A stretch of 64,000 bases of DNA from an uncultured delta proteobacterium (GTDB taxonomy: Bacteria; Myxococcota_A; Polyangia; Polyangiales; Houyiibacteriaceae). Below the pieces are notes generated by a model, which searched no databases, was not told the DNA's origin, and saw only the letters and a program-made list of their open reading frames with translations. The position numbers and the translations under genes are program-made. Below, in pieces: positions 48,342 to 56,993 of the stretch. Location of the stretch: assembly GCA_963712235.1 (NCBI GenBank), contig CAVQHC010000009.1, positions 137,086-201,085 of the forward strand, in the 5' to 3' direction. The first letter of the stretch is position 1; each line of letters starts with the position of its first letter.

Positions 48342-49652
48342 ATGGGACACATGAGCCAACTCAAGCAGGAGTACCGGGCGCTGATGGACCGCCTCGACCA
48401 CCACGCGGTCGCCATGCCGAGGCCGGAGGATCAGCGCGCCCTCGAAGGCTGGCGTGAGTTACTGGAGGTCATGTACACGCCGGAGGAGGCCGAGCTGGCG
48501 TCGCGGATGCCGATGGTACCTACGTCGCTTCGCCGCTTGGCCCGTCGCTACGACATGCCCGAAGAGGAGCTGAAGCAGAAGCTCGAGCCGCTGTGTGACA
48601 AGGGGTTGATCATGGACCTCGTCAGCCCGAAGACCGGCGAAGCCAAGTACCTCCTCGCGCCGCCCGTCGTTGGCTTCTTCGAGTTTTCGATGATGCGAGC
48701 GCACGACATGTTCGACAAGTTGGCCGTGGCGAAGGCGATGGACGCCTACATGCACGGAGACGACACCTTCGCGCGAGAGGTGTTCGGCAACGATACGGTC
48801 GTCGGACGCGCCATGGTGCACGAAGACGTACTGGCCCAGGGCATTCCCGAGGTGCTCGACTGGGAACGCACAACCAGGCTCATCGCAGAATCCGACCAGA
48901 TTGCCGTTTCGCACTGCTACTGCCGTCACAAGGCCGAGCACTTGGGCAAGGCGTGCGACGTGCCGCAAGAGATCTGTCTGTCGCTCAACGGCGGCGCGAA
49001 CTTCGTCATTCGGCGTGGCTTCGGCCGTCCGATCGACAAGCAAGAGGCGCTGAGCATCGTCAAGAAGGCGCGGAAGCTGGGTCTGGTCCAAATCGCCGAC
49101 AACGTGAAGAACGAGCCTGCCTATGTGTGCAACTGCTGCGCGTGTTGCTGCGGGCAGCTTTCGAGCATCAACGACTTCGGGCTCAAGGCCGTCAACCCGA
49201 GCGGATTCGAGCCGGAATACCACCCCGACGACTGCAAGGGCTGCTCGCGATGCTCTCGGGCATGCCCGGTCGCGGCGATCACGATGAGACCGGCGCGCAC
49301 CGGAGGGCAGCGTAAGAACGAGCTGCGCGCCGTCTTCGACTCGGAGCTCTGCATCGGCTGCGGCGTTTGCGCCACGACCTGCAAGCAGCACGCGATCAGC
49401 ATGGAGCGCCGAGAGAACCCGAGCCACGTTCCCGAAAACACGATCGAGCGTGTCGTGCGCCAAATGGTCGAGCACGGTCGTCTGGCCGACCTTCTGTTCG
49501 ATGAGAGCGAGAGCCGCGGCGCAGCGTTCCTCAACCATGCCGTGCAAGCGATCACGAAGCTACCTCCCGCCGAGCGGGCGCTCGCTTCCGATCAGGTGAG
49601 GTCGCGCTTCGTTCAGTTCGTGGTGAAAAACGCGCCCGCCATCGAAGCCTAG
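48342..49652 (+). CDS. Cys-rich iron-sulfur protein with a C-terminal 2x[4Fe-4S] ferredoxin domain
   Basis: [12 protein letters not shown] and [12 protein letters not shown] (two CxxCxxCxxxCP/K motifs), preceded by [24 protein letters not shown] and [13 protein letters not shown]. Start chosen at the ATG at 48342 (MGHMSQLK); the upstream part of the track ORF overlaps the katG relic. Confidence 0.75.
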   Translation: MGHMSQLKQEYRALMDRLDHHAVAMPRPEDQRALEGWRELLEVMYTPEEAELASRMPMVPTSLRRLARRYDMPEEELKQKLEPLCDKGLIMDLVSPKTGEAKYLLAPPVVGFFEFSMMRAHDMFDKLAVAKAMDAYMHGDDTFAREVFGNDTVVGRAMVHEDVLAQGIPEVLDWERTTRLIAESDQIAVSHCYCRHKAEHLGKACDVPQEICLSLNGGANFVIRRGFGRPIDKQEALSIVKKARKLGLVQIADNVKNEPAYVCNCCACCCGQLSSINDFGLKAVNPSGFEPEYHPDDCKGCSRCSRACPVAAITMRPARTGGQRKNELRAVFDSELCIGCGVCATTCKQHAISMERRENPSHVPENTIERVVRQMVEHGRLADLLFDESESRGAAFLNHAVQAITKLPPAERALASDQVRSRFVQFVVKNAPAIEA

Positions 49653-49905
49653 GCTCCGGCCAATCAGGGCTGCGCTGGACGACGTCACCCGGGTTGGCGG
49701 CCAATCACGTTCCCTAAGCAAGGACCTGTCCGCGCGGCGACTCAAGCTCGCAAACCATTCGCGGTCGCCTTCGGCAGTGCAACGGCTGCGCCAGGGGTGT
49801 CCACCCGTGCGCGTAATCATAGCGAAACTCGCTGGCATACCCCATGCATTTGCTTCACTCGACTTGGCGCTGCCGCGTCGGCATGTCGCGAAGGCAAGGT
49901 GGGTC

Positions 49906-52263
49906 ATGCATAGCTTCGTGAGAATCGCAATGCTCTGCCCCTTGGGCTTCATGCTCATATTGGGCTGCAGCGAGACGGTGGACAACGGCGGCAGCGGTGG
50001 CGCTGCTGGAGCCGGTGGCGTCGCGGGCGAAGGTGGCGCCGGCGGGGCGTTAGCAGCTTGTACCTTGACCGGTCAGTGGGAGACCGTCGGTTCCTGGGGT
50101 AGCGAGACGCTCGGCTACGGCAACGTCGCCCTTCTGCAGAGCCCGATCGACGACAGCCTTTGGCAGGTGGTCTCGCGCACAGACGGTGTCGATTACAACG
50201 ACATTGCCCTGTTCCGATCCGGCGATGGCGGGGCCAGTTGGGTGGAGGAGGATGCCTGGGATTTCCCTCCCGGGCGTCGTGGCTGGACGACGGGGGCGGA
50301 TATCACGGCCGGTGGAACCATCTTCGTCGTCCTTCATGAGAACTCGGACGCCAACACGGACAGAGACGCGACGCTCTTGCGTTACTCGCCGGGGACCGCT
50401 CTGACCGAGGTTGGGAGCTTCCTACCGCCGGGCAGCAACGACACCCGTCCCGAGAAACTCGCCGTGCGTGGAGATGAGGCCTGGTTCGTCGCGCGCGACG
50501 TCACGCAGCTTCCGCCAGACTACCATATCGTCAGGTACTCAAACGGCACGCTCGAATCGTTTGATGTCATCGAGTACGGCGACAACGTCTTCGTCCGCGA
50601 CCTCGCCGTCACCCCGAACGGTAAGCTTTGGGCAGTCGGCCAAGGGCACGATGAAGCGACCGACACTTGGCGTGCGACCATCTGGGAGGAAGGCGACGCG
50701 GGGTTCGCGTTGTTGGCGGAAATCGAGCGGACCCCGGGCGTGGATGAATCCGATACGATCATGGCCGTGGCGTTCGACGAAGCCGGCCGGTACTGGGCCT
50801 CGTATTATACGATCGACGACGAGCAGTATCGCTGGCGGTCCGGGTCGGGGTTGGTCGACGCGCCCCAGACCTCGTTCGTTTGGAGTGATGATTTCCGTCT
50901 CGATCCCAGCAAGGCGAGTCAGACGACACGCATCGCGGTCCATCCATCCGGCGCTGTGTTCACCGGCGGCCACGCTACCGACGCACTCGATTGGCAATGG
51001 GCGATCGTTCGCGAGGGCACGACAGAAGGGTTCTCGCTCTCCGACAAGTTCATTCACGCGCCCGATGGCATCCATTTGTCGAATACCTCGAACATTCTGG
51101 TCGACAAGCAAGGCAACGTCTGGGCCGCATACATGTCACGCCCCGGGGTTTGGTTCCCGAAGTTCACGACTTTGCGAAAGATGGCCTGCCTCGATACCGA
51201 ACCTCTGGAGCCCTCCTGCATTGGGTCGGGCGACCAGGACGACATCAACGAGGTCCTCAACAAGCCGGGCTCCCTTGCGGTGCTGTGCCAGGGCGCGGAG
51301 TTCGAGCTCAGCGCGCCGGTCGTGTTCACGGATGAAGGCCAACAAGTCTATACGGAAGGGCTTCCGACCGACGACCGGCGTGCAAAGCTGAGGGTCGCAT
51401 CCGATTTGCTCGTCACAGCCGTCGACATGCTCGGACGCTCCAACGTGGTCCTGCGAAACGTGATTGTCGATGGGAGCCGGCCGGCGTTTGGCTATCGGAC
51501 AAGCGGCGCGCTGATCCAAGCCGGTGGCAGCGTCTCCGGACAGGTCGTTCGCTCGGTCAAAGCCTTTGAGCCGCGGCACTGGTCCATTGTGCACCTGTTC
51601 GAGGGGGGTGAACCGCAGTGCACCGGGGCAACGGTAGAGGACAACGAGCTCGGCCCTGCCGGCCAGCCCGATGGCACCTGGGCTGACGGTATTTCGCTGG
51701 CCTGTAAAGACAGCGTCGTTCGGAACAACACGATCGTCGATGCAACCGACGGAGCGATCGTGATCTTCGCGGCGCCGGGCTCGATCATCGAGGACAACGT
51801 CATCCGTGCCGAGACTCGAACCCTGTTGGGCGGCATCAACCTGGTCGACTACGCCGTCTATGGGGGGAGCTACACGAATACTCGAGTGCGCCGTAACGTG
51901 ATCGACGCGGCGGGCGCAGTGATCCGGATCGGGATGGGAATGGGCTGGCGTGTCTGGGTGTGCCTCGACCCAGCCAGCTCCGAGGACCCCAGCATCTACG
52001 GAGGCTCGGTGACAAACAACACCTTGATGGGTGACTACATGCAGTATGGGTTTGCGGTCGATGGCGTTCGAGACTGGACGGTGACCGGAAATACCGACCT
52101 GGCCACCCACAGCGGGACGCCCACGATCGACTGCAATGGGCAGCTTGCGTCACCGCCGGCCGGCTTCCAAATCCACAGCGCCCGAGCGCAGGGCACCTTT
52201 CAGCCGGAGTTCACCGAGGCCTTTCTCGAGCTCGCGCTCTGGGCTGTCGACGGAGCGCCGTAG
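49906..52263 (+). CDS. large lipoprotein: Gly-rich linker, BNR/propeller-like N-terminal half, right-handed beta-helix-like C-terminal half
   Basis: Lipobox MLCPLGFMLILGCSE, then a GGSGGAAGAGGVAGEGGAGG linker. One Asp-box (FRSGDGGASW). The C-terminal region has repeated V/I-x-N/D-N-x-I patterns (VVLRNVIVDG, VVRNNTIVDATDGAIVI, IIEDNVIRA, VRRNVIDA, VTNNTLMG) typical of parallel beta-helix/pectate-lyase-fold proteins. Confidence 0.65.
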   Translation: MHSFVRIAMLCPLGFMLILGCSETVDNGGSGGAAGAGGVAGEGGAGGALAACTLTGQWETVGSWGSETLGYGNVALLQSPIDDSLWQVVSRTDGVDYNDIALFRSGDGGASWVEEDAWDFPPGRRGWTTGADITAGGTIFVVLHENSDANTDRDATLLRYSPGTALTEVGSFLPPGSNDTRPEKLAVRGDEAWFVARDVTQLPPDYHIVRYSNGTLESFDVIEYGDNVFVRDLAVTPNGKLWAVGQGHDEATDTWRATIWEEGDAGFALLAEIERTPGVDESDTIMAVAFDEAGRYWASYYTIDDEQYRWRSGSGLVDAPQTSFVWSDDFRLDPSKASQTTRIAVHPSGAVFTGGHATDALDWQWAIVREGTTEGFSLSDKFIHAPDGIHLSNTSNILVDKQGNVWAAYMSRPGVWFPKFTTLRKMACLDTEPLEPSCIGSGDQDDINEVLNKPGSLAVLCQGAEFELSAPVVFTDEGQQVYTEGLPTDDRRAKLRVASDLLVTAVDMLGRSNVVLRNVIVDGSRPAFGYRTSGALIQAGGSVSGQVVRSVKAFEPRHWSIVHLFEGGEPQCTGATVEDNELGPAGQPDGTWADGISLACKDSVVRNNTIVDATDGAIVIFAAPGSIIEDNVIRAETRTLLGGINLVDYAVYGGSYTNTRVRRNVIDAAGAVIRIGMGMGWRVWVCLDPASSEDPSIYGGSVTNNTLMGDYMQYGFAVDGVRDWTVTGNTDLATHSGTPTIDCNGQLASPPAGFQIHSARAQGTFQPEFTEAFLELALWAVDGAP

Positions 52264-52347
52264 TCGCCCGGAGAAATGGTCACTGGTTCTCGCGATGGGA
52301 TGCCTGTACCTTAGACACCTGATTTTGACAGCGCGGGAAAAGCAACC

Positions 52348-54453
52348 ATGAAAAGCATCGCCAGTATCAGCCTGGGTCCCCTCAGTCTCGACTGTAACTT
52401 CTCGACCCAATTCCTCGGCCACGATTTCAACGTCGTGCGCATTGGTACCGACAACGATTTCAAGGCAGCCCAAAAGCTCGTCATCGAGTGGAGGGACAAG
52501 GTCGATGCCCTCGGACTCGGTTTGGTGCACGATCACTACTGGGTGGGAACCCATCACTTTCATCAGCGCGATACCGCAAAGCTCGAAAAGCTTGCGGGCG
52601 ATACGCTGGTGAGTACCGGCGCGCGACTTCGCGGGATCGTGCAGGAGTGGTCGTTGCGCTCGGCCCAGCATGAGCTCGGCAATTTCTTCAACAACGCAAA
52701 AGTGTTGTTCCTGTCGGGCACGACCAACTACCGCTTGGCGTCCGTCATGGCGGAATACACCGAGAACCTGTCCTTCGCCGATCCTGTTCTCCAGTTCGGC
52801 GCTCCGGGTCTCCTGCATTCGTTGAGTGCGCTGGAGTTGTATGCGGCGGGAAGTCACCCGGTGCGGCGATTCGGTCCTGAAAACGGGTTGCTGCCGTCCT
52901 TGGCGCCCGGGAAGGAGTTCAACAGATTCCTGCTGAAGAAAGCGGTCCGGGACGCGGATGTCATCGTCGCGTCCTACCATCAGCTCGAGCGATATGGTCC
53001 GGGCGAGCTCGAGGGGAAGGTCGTGCTGACCTCGACGATTTCCCCCGACCGGCAGGAGGTCCTGAAGGATCGGGGGGTTCGGGTCGTGATCGACTGCAGC
53101 ATCCAGCTGTTCGAGCCGACCGTGGGCCTCAACGTCGTAGAGGCGATGATCCTGGCTGCCTTGGGCAAACCTGCCGAAGAGATCGCACACGACGACTACC
53201 TAGAAATCTTCACCGACTTGGATCTCAAACCGAGAATTCTCTATCCAATCGAGGGCAAGAAACAGATCAATCGCTTTGCGTTTGTCATCCACCCGCTCTC
53301 GCAAAAATACCTGACGAACTTGAAGCCCCTGGAGATCCTGTCGAAAGTGTCACCGCCGGCGGTGATGGATGTCGTCGAGAAGGCGATCGCCTACACGCCG
53401 CCTATGGTGTACTCGAAAGTGGAGGGGATTCGGTCTCCCTCTGGGGTGGAGGCCAAAGGCTGGCTGATTACTGTCGGGGGCACGCCCAAGCAGATCATGT
53501 CTCACAGCCCCGAGTTCACGTATCGCCAGCTGCTGGCGGCCGCGGACATGGCCAAGAAGATGGGCGCCCAGATCATGGGTCTCGGGGCCTTCACCAAAGT
53601 GGTCGGAGACGCCGGGGTCACGGTGGCCAAGCGCGCCCCCCTGCCTATCACCACGGGGAACAGCTACAGCGCGTCCGGTGCCTTGTGGGCAGCCCATGAC
53701 GCCGCCGCCAGGCTGGGCCTGGTCGAGCTGGAGAAGGGTAAGCGAATTAAGGGAAAGGCGATGGTGGTGGGTGCCACCGGTGCGATCGGCTCGGCCTGCG
53801 CCAGGCTGCTGGCCCGGACAGCGGAGGAAGTCCACCTCGTGTCGCCGGAATCCGCAAAACTGCTGGTACTCGAGAAGTCCATCCTCAAAGAATCACCGGA
53901 GGCAAAGCTGGTACTGGCGTCCTATGCGGACGGTGACCGCAGCATCGGCGAAATGGATATGATCGTCACGGCAACCTCCGGGGCTGGCAAGAAGATCCTC
54001 GACATCATGAAGGTGAAGCCGGGCTGTGTGATCACCGATGTGGCGCGGCCACTCGACCTGCCCGCGGAAGAGGTGGCCAAACGTCCGGATGTCTTGGTCA
54101 TCGAGTCCGGTGAGGTGTACCTGCCGGGCAAAGTGAGCATGAAGAAGATCGGTTTCGACGACCCCAACGTGGTGTACGCATGCCTCGCAGAGACCATCGT
54201 GCTCACGCTCGAAGGTCGGTTCGAAAACTTCACACTCGGCCGGACGATCGAGTGGGAGAAGGTGCATGAAATCTACAAGCTCGGCTTGAAGCACGGCATG
54301 ACGCTGGCCGCGATTTCGGGTGTGAATGGCGTTTTCTCCGATGAGGATATCGCCAAGGTACGGCGGCTGGCCTTAGAGGCCCTCGACAAAGCAAAACGTC
54401 CCTCGGCGCAGCGGGCTGCAGCCCCCAGCAAGAAACCAGCGCAACGCAGTTGA
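52348..54453 (+). CDS. two-domain fusion: N-terminal ~300-aa uncharacterised domain plus a C-terminal acyl-ACP reductase (AAR)-like NAD(P)-binding domain
   Basis: The C-terminal half aligns by eye with cyanobacterial aldehyde-forming acyl-ACP reductase. FAFVIHPLS (cf. FGLIGHLTS); GLGAFTKVV...ITTGNSYSA (cf. ALGGFTSII...FTTGNTHTA); MVVGATGAIGSACARLLA (cf. AVVGATGDIGSAVCRWL); YACLAETIVLTLEGRFENFTLGR (cf. [23 protein letters not shown]). The N-terminal half (MKSIASISLG...VVRIGTDNDFKAAQKLV...KVDALGLG) resembles a family I recall being annotated, without experimental support, as quinate 5-dehydrogenase. Confidence 0.75.
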   Translation: MKSIASISLGPLSLDCNFSTQFLGHDFNVVRIGTDNDFKAAQKLVIEWRDKVDALGLGLVHDHYWVGTHHFHQRDTAKLEKLAGDTLVSTGARLRGIVQEWSLRSAQHELGNFFNNAKVLFLSGTTNYRLASVMAEYTENLSFADPVLQFGAPGLLHSLSALELYAAGSHPVRRFGPENGLLPSLAPGKEFNRFLLKKAVRDADVIVASYHQLERYGPGELEGKVVLTSTISPDRQEVLKDRGVRVVIDCSIQLFEPTVGLNVVEAMILAALGKPAEEIAHDDYLEIFTDLDLKPRILYPIEGKKQINRFAFVIHPLSQKYLTNLKPLEILSKVSPPAVMDVVEKAIAYTPPMVYSKVEGIRSPSGVEAKGWLITVGGTPKQIMSHSPEFTYRQLLAAADMAKKMGAQIMGLGAFTKVVGDAGVTVAKRAPLPITTGNSYSASGALWAAHDAAARLGLVELEKGKRIKGKAMVVGATGAIGSACARLLARTAEEVHLVSPESAKLLVLEKSILKESPEAKLVLASYADGDRSIGEMDMIVTATSGAGKKILDIMKVKPGCVITDVARPLDLPAEEVAKRPDVLVIESGEVYLPGKVSMKKIGFDDPNVVYACLAETIVLTLEGRFENFTLGRTIEWEKVHEIYKLGLKHGMTLAAISGVNGVFSDEDIAKVRRLALEALDKAKRPSAQRAAAPSKKPAQRS

Positions 54454-54470
54454 GCTGGCCGCGTGTTCGC

Positions 54471-56993
54471 TCAGCCGACGGCGATCCAATGGCCTTCGGA
54501 CGGGTCGCGAAGCTCCACTTGGCCCTCCTCGCCAATCGCGAGAAGGTGGATCCAGCCGTTGCTGACGAGCTCCCGAACGTTGTCGTGCTTCTCTAGGATT
54601 GTGTCGATCTGCGCCGTTGGGGCCTCGATCAGGACGTTCAAGCGCACCGGCTCATGGAAGAGTCGACTTCCGTCGTGCACGGCCTGCGACGGGAGACCGA
54701 CCCGGAGGTCGCCGCCGTTGCCCTCGAGCACGCCGAGCGTTCCGACGACGTTGTGGAGCGTCTTGTTGCCAGAGCCGAACGCCTCGCGGTTCACGGCCGA
54801 GCCGTAGTACTGGAGGTTGATCCAGCTCGCGACGACCATGGGAGCCGTCATGATCAGCTCGAGCACCTTCCAGCCCTCGTCGGCCGTGCAGTCGTAATCG
54901 TGGAGGAAGGCTCGGCCTTCGAGATCGACGCCGCGAGTGCGCGCCCGGCGGGCCGCGATGAAGGCGGCGTTTCGCGCAAGTCCCCACTCGGGACGGACCT
55001 GCGACCAGTCCCGAGTCCTTCTCGCGATCGACTTGTCGAGATCGCCCGCGCCAACGTTGAGTGTTGCAGCGCGCTCGCGACGCGCGAGTCCCGACGCCTC
55101 GGCGAGCCAGCTCTCGGCTTGCTCGACATCGCCCGCGTGCGACTCCGGGATCGAATCGCGATCGAAGATGGTGATGTCGTCGGTGGTCGTGTCGTGGAGA
55201 CAGCCGACGAACCAGGTGTCGTCCGGGATCGTGATTCCTCGGGAGCGAAGGGCGCCCCGCACCTCGGGATTGTTCAAGACCTCTGCCGCGATCCGTGCGT
55301 TCGCGTCCCCCGGGTGTCCGCCGCACGCGCCGCAATCGTAGCCGGCCGCGTGGGCGTTGTTGACCATCGTGCTCCCGTGGCCGGTCAGCAAGACGAGGCG
55401 GGCGAAGTCCTTGGTGAGCGACATGCCGCGCAGTGCGCCCTCGGCCAGGGCGACGCGGTCGGCCTGTGGGATGCCGGTCTTCCGTGCGCCGAGTGATCCT
55501 TCTTCGACGACGGGGACGATTCTCTTCAGAACTTCTTCATCGAGCCCGTCTGCGCTCGGGTGGGTGACCGGTCGGGTGAGGCCCGTCGCGTCACCGATGA
55601 GCTTTCCTGCAAAGGCGAGGCCCGCTGTTTCGACGTACACGAAGGAAGAAACCGCCGAGCTCTTGAACGACTTCCAAGAGTTCGAGGCACGCCTCCGCAG
55701 CAGTCGAAGACCGAGGATCTCGGTGGATTCGTCCTCGTCGGCGATTCCCTCTTTGACCACGAACTTCGGGTTGAGAAGGACCGGGCACTGTGCGGGCCCG
55801 CTCGACTGTCCCATCGAGACGTATTCGATCGGGAATCCAAAGAAGCCTGCGAAGCCGATCGTCTGGGCGCGGGGCGCGACCGACTCGAGCGCTCGACGAT
55901 AGACCTCGGAGCGGACATCGATGCAGAACGCGGCCTGGACAGCCATGCGTCCCGCCGCTTGGCGTGCATCGCGGCTCGCGTTCAGCTTGGCGAGCAGTCC
56001 TCGACGGTAGGCCGCATCGAATGCACCCTGGAGAATCGCGTCGATGACCCGATCCTGGTCTACAGCCGGTGCGGTACTGGCCTTGTCCATCGCGCTGAGC
56101 GCGGCGTTCCACGCCGCCCGGCTGTGCTCGCTCTGAAGCGTCAAGAGGGCGTAGTCCCAAGCGAGGCGAATCGCGAGAAGCTCCGTGACCGTGCCGTCTT
56201 CCTGACCGTCGAGCTCGGACTTCCAGCCGAGGTAGCGTGCGTAGGCTGCCCAGCCTCCGACGCTTCCAAGCGCCCGGTGGAGGTATCCATCGAGCGCCGC
56301 CTCGCTGAGCCCGAGCGCATCGATGACGTAGTCGATGGCGGCGACCGGGTCTTCGGGCAGGGTTGCGATCACTCCCCGAAACCCTCGGAGTCCGGTCAGA
56401 TCCGCAGTGCGGTCGATCGCAGCCGTTCTGCGCCAGGCCTGGTAGAGGGGGAGGTGTCGCCAAGGCATTTGCCAGGCCGACTGTCCGTCGTCCCAGTACG
56501 CGGCGCACCACTTGGAGATGTCCTCGAGCACGCGTCGGTTGCTCTCGCCTTCACTTCCGCCGTCGCACACGTCGGCCACCGTCTGGAACACGGCGCTCTG
56601 GTAGCTCGGTGTGTCGGCGAGCGCTGCGTGCAGCGCTTCGAGGGTCTGCGGCGCTCCCTCGACGGCCCGCGAGAGTGACAGCGCCTGCGCGAGGTCTTCG
56701 GTGGTGATCCTGCCCTCTGCGATCCAGGCGCGGTACTGTTCGCGGGGCATCAGCATGCTGGCTCCAGCCACGCGACCCAGGGTCTGGCAGGCGCTCTCGA
56801 AGCGTTCGCCCGAGAGCCCGAGGAACGGGTTGACCGCAACGAAGCTCTCGAGCGGCCACAGGGGTGCGACGCGCTTGCGTGCGTTCGACAAGACCGTCTG
56901 AAGGTCGCGGTGGTGACGGACCTCGAGCGCCTTGACCTGGTCGAGCGCAGGCTCGTGGGCTTCTACGAGGGTTCTTGCGAGGCCTTGGTTCAT
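54471..56993 (-). CDS. dabA: DabA (DUF2309/YbcC family), the beta-CA-like subunit of a DAB inorganic-carbon pump
   Basis: 840 aa. FCIDVRSE (CxDxR) and GHGSTMVNNAHAAGYDCGACGG (His and Cys 15 residues apart) fit the beta-carbonic-anhydrase-like zinc site described for DabA. The start ATG at 56991-56993 overlaps the dabB stop (ATGA). Confidence 0.85.
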   Translation of the reverse strand: MNQGLARTLVEAHEPALDQVKALEVRHHRDLQTVLSNARKRVAPLWPLESFVAVNPFLGLSGERFESACQTLGRVAGASMLMPREQYRAWIAEGRITTEDLAQALSLSRAVEGAPQTLEALHAALADTPSYQSAVFQTVADVCDGGSEGESNRRVLEDISKWCAAYWDDGQSAWQMPWRHLPLYQAWRRTAAIDRTADLTGLRGFRGVIATLPEDPVAAIDYVIDALGLSEAALDGYLHRALGSVGGWAAYARYLGWKSELDGQEDGTVTELLAIRLAWDYALLTLQSEHSRAAWNAALSAMDKASTAPAVDQDRVIDAILQGAFDAAYRRGLLAKLNASRDARQAAGRMAVQAAFCIDVRSEVYRRALESVAPRAQTIGFAGFFGFPIEYVSMGQSSGPAQCPVLLNPKFVVKEGIADEDESTEILGLRLLRRRASNSWKSFKSSAVSSFVYVETAGLAFAGKLIGDATGLTRPVTHPSADGLDEEVLKRIVPVVEEGSLGARKTGIPQADRVALAEGALRGMSLTKDFARLVLLTGHGSTMVNNAHAAGYDCGACGGHPGDANARIAAEVLNNPEVRGALRSRGITIPDDTWFVGCLHDTTTDDITIFDRDSIPESHAGDVEQAESWLAEASGLARRERAATLNVGAGDLDKSIARRTRDWSQVRPEWGLARNAAFIAARRARTRGVDLEGRAFLHDYDCTADEGWKVLELIMTAPMVVASWINLQYYGSAVNREAFGSGNKTLHNVVGTLGVLEGNGGDLRVGLPSQAVHDGSRLFHEPVRLNVLIEAPTAQIDTILEKHDNVRELVSNGWIHLLAIGEEGQVELRDPSEGHWIAVG

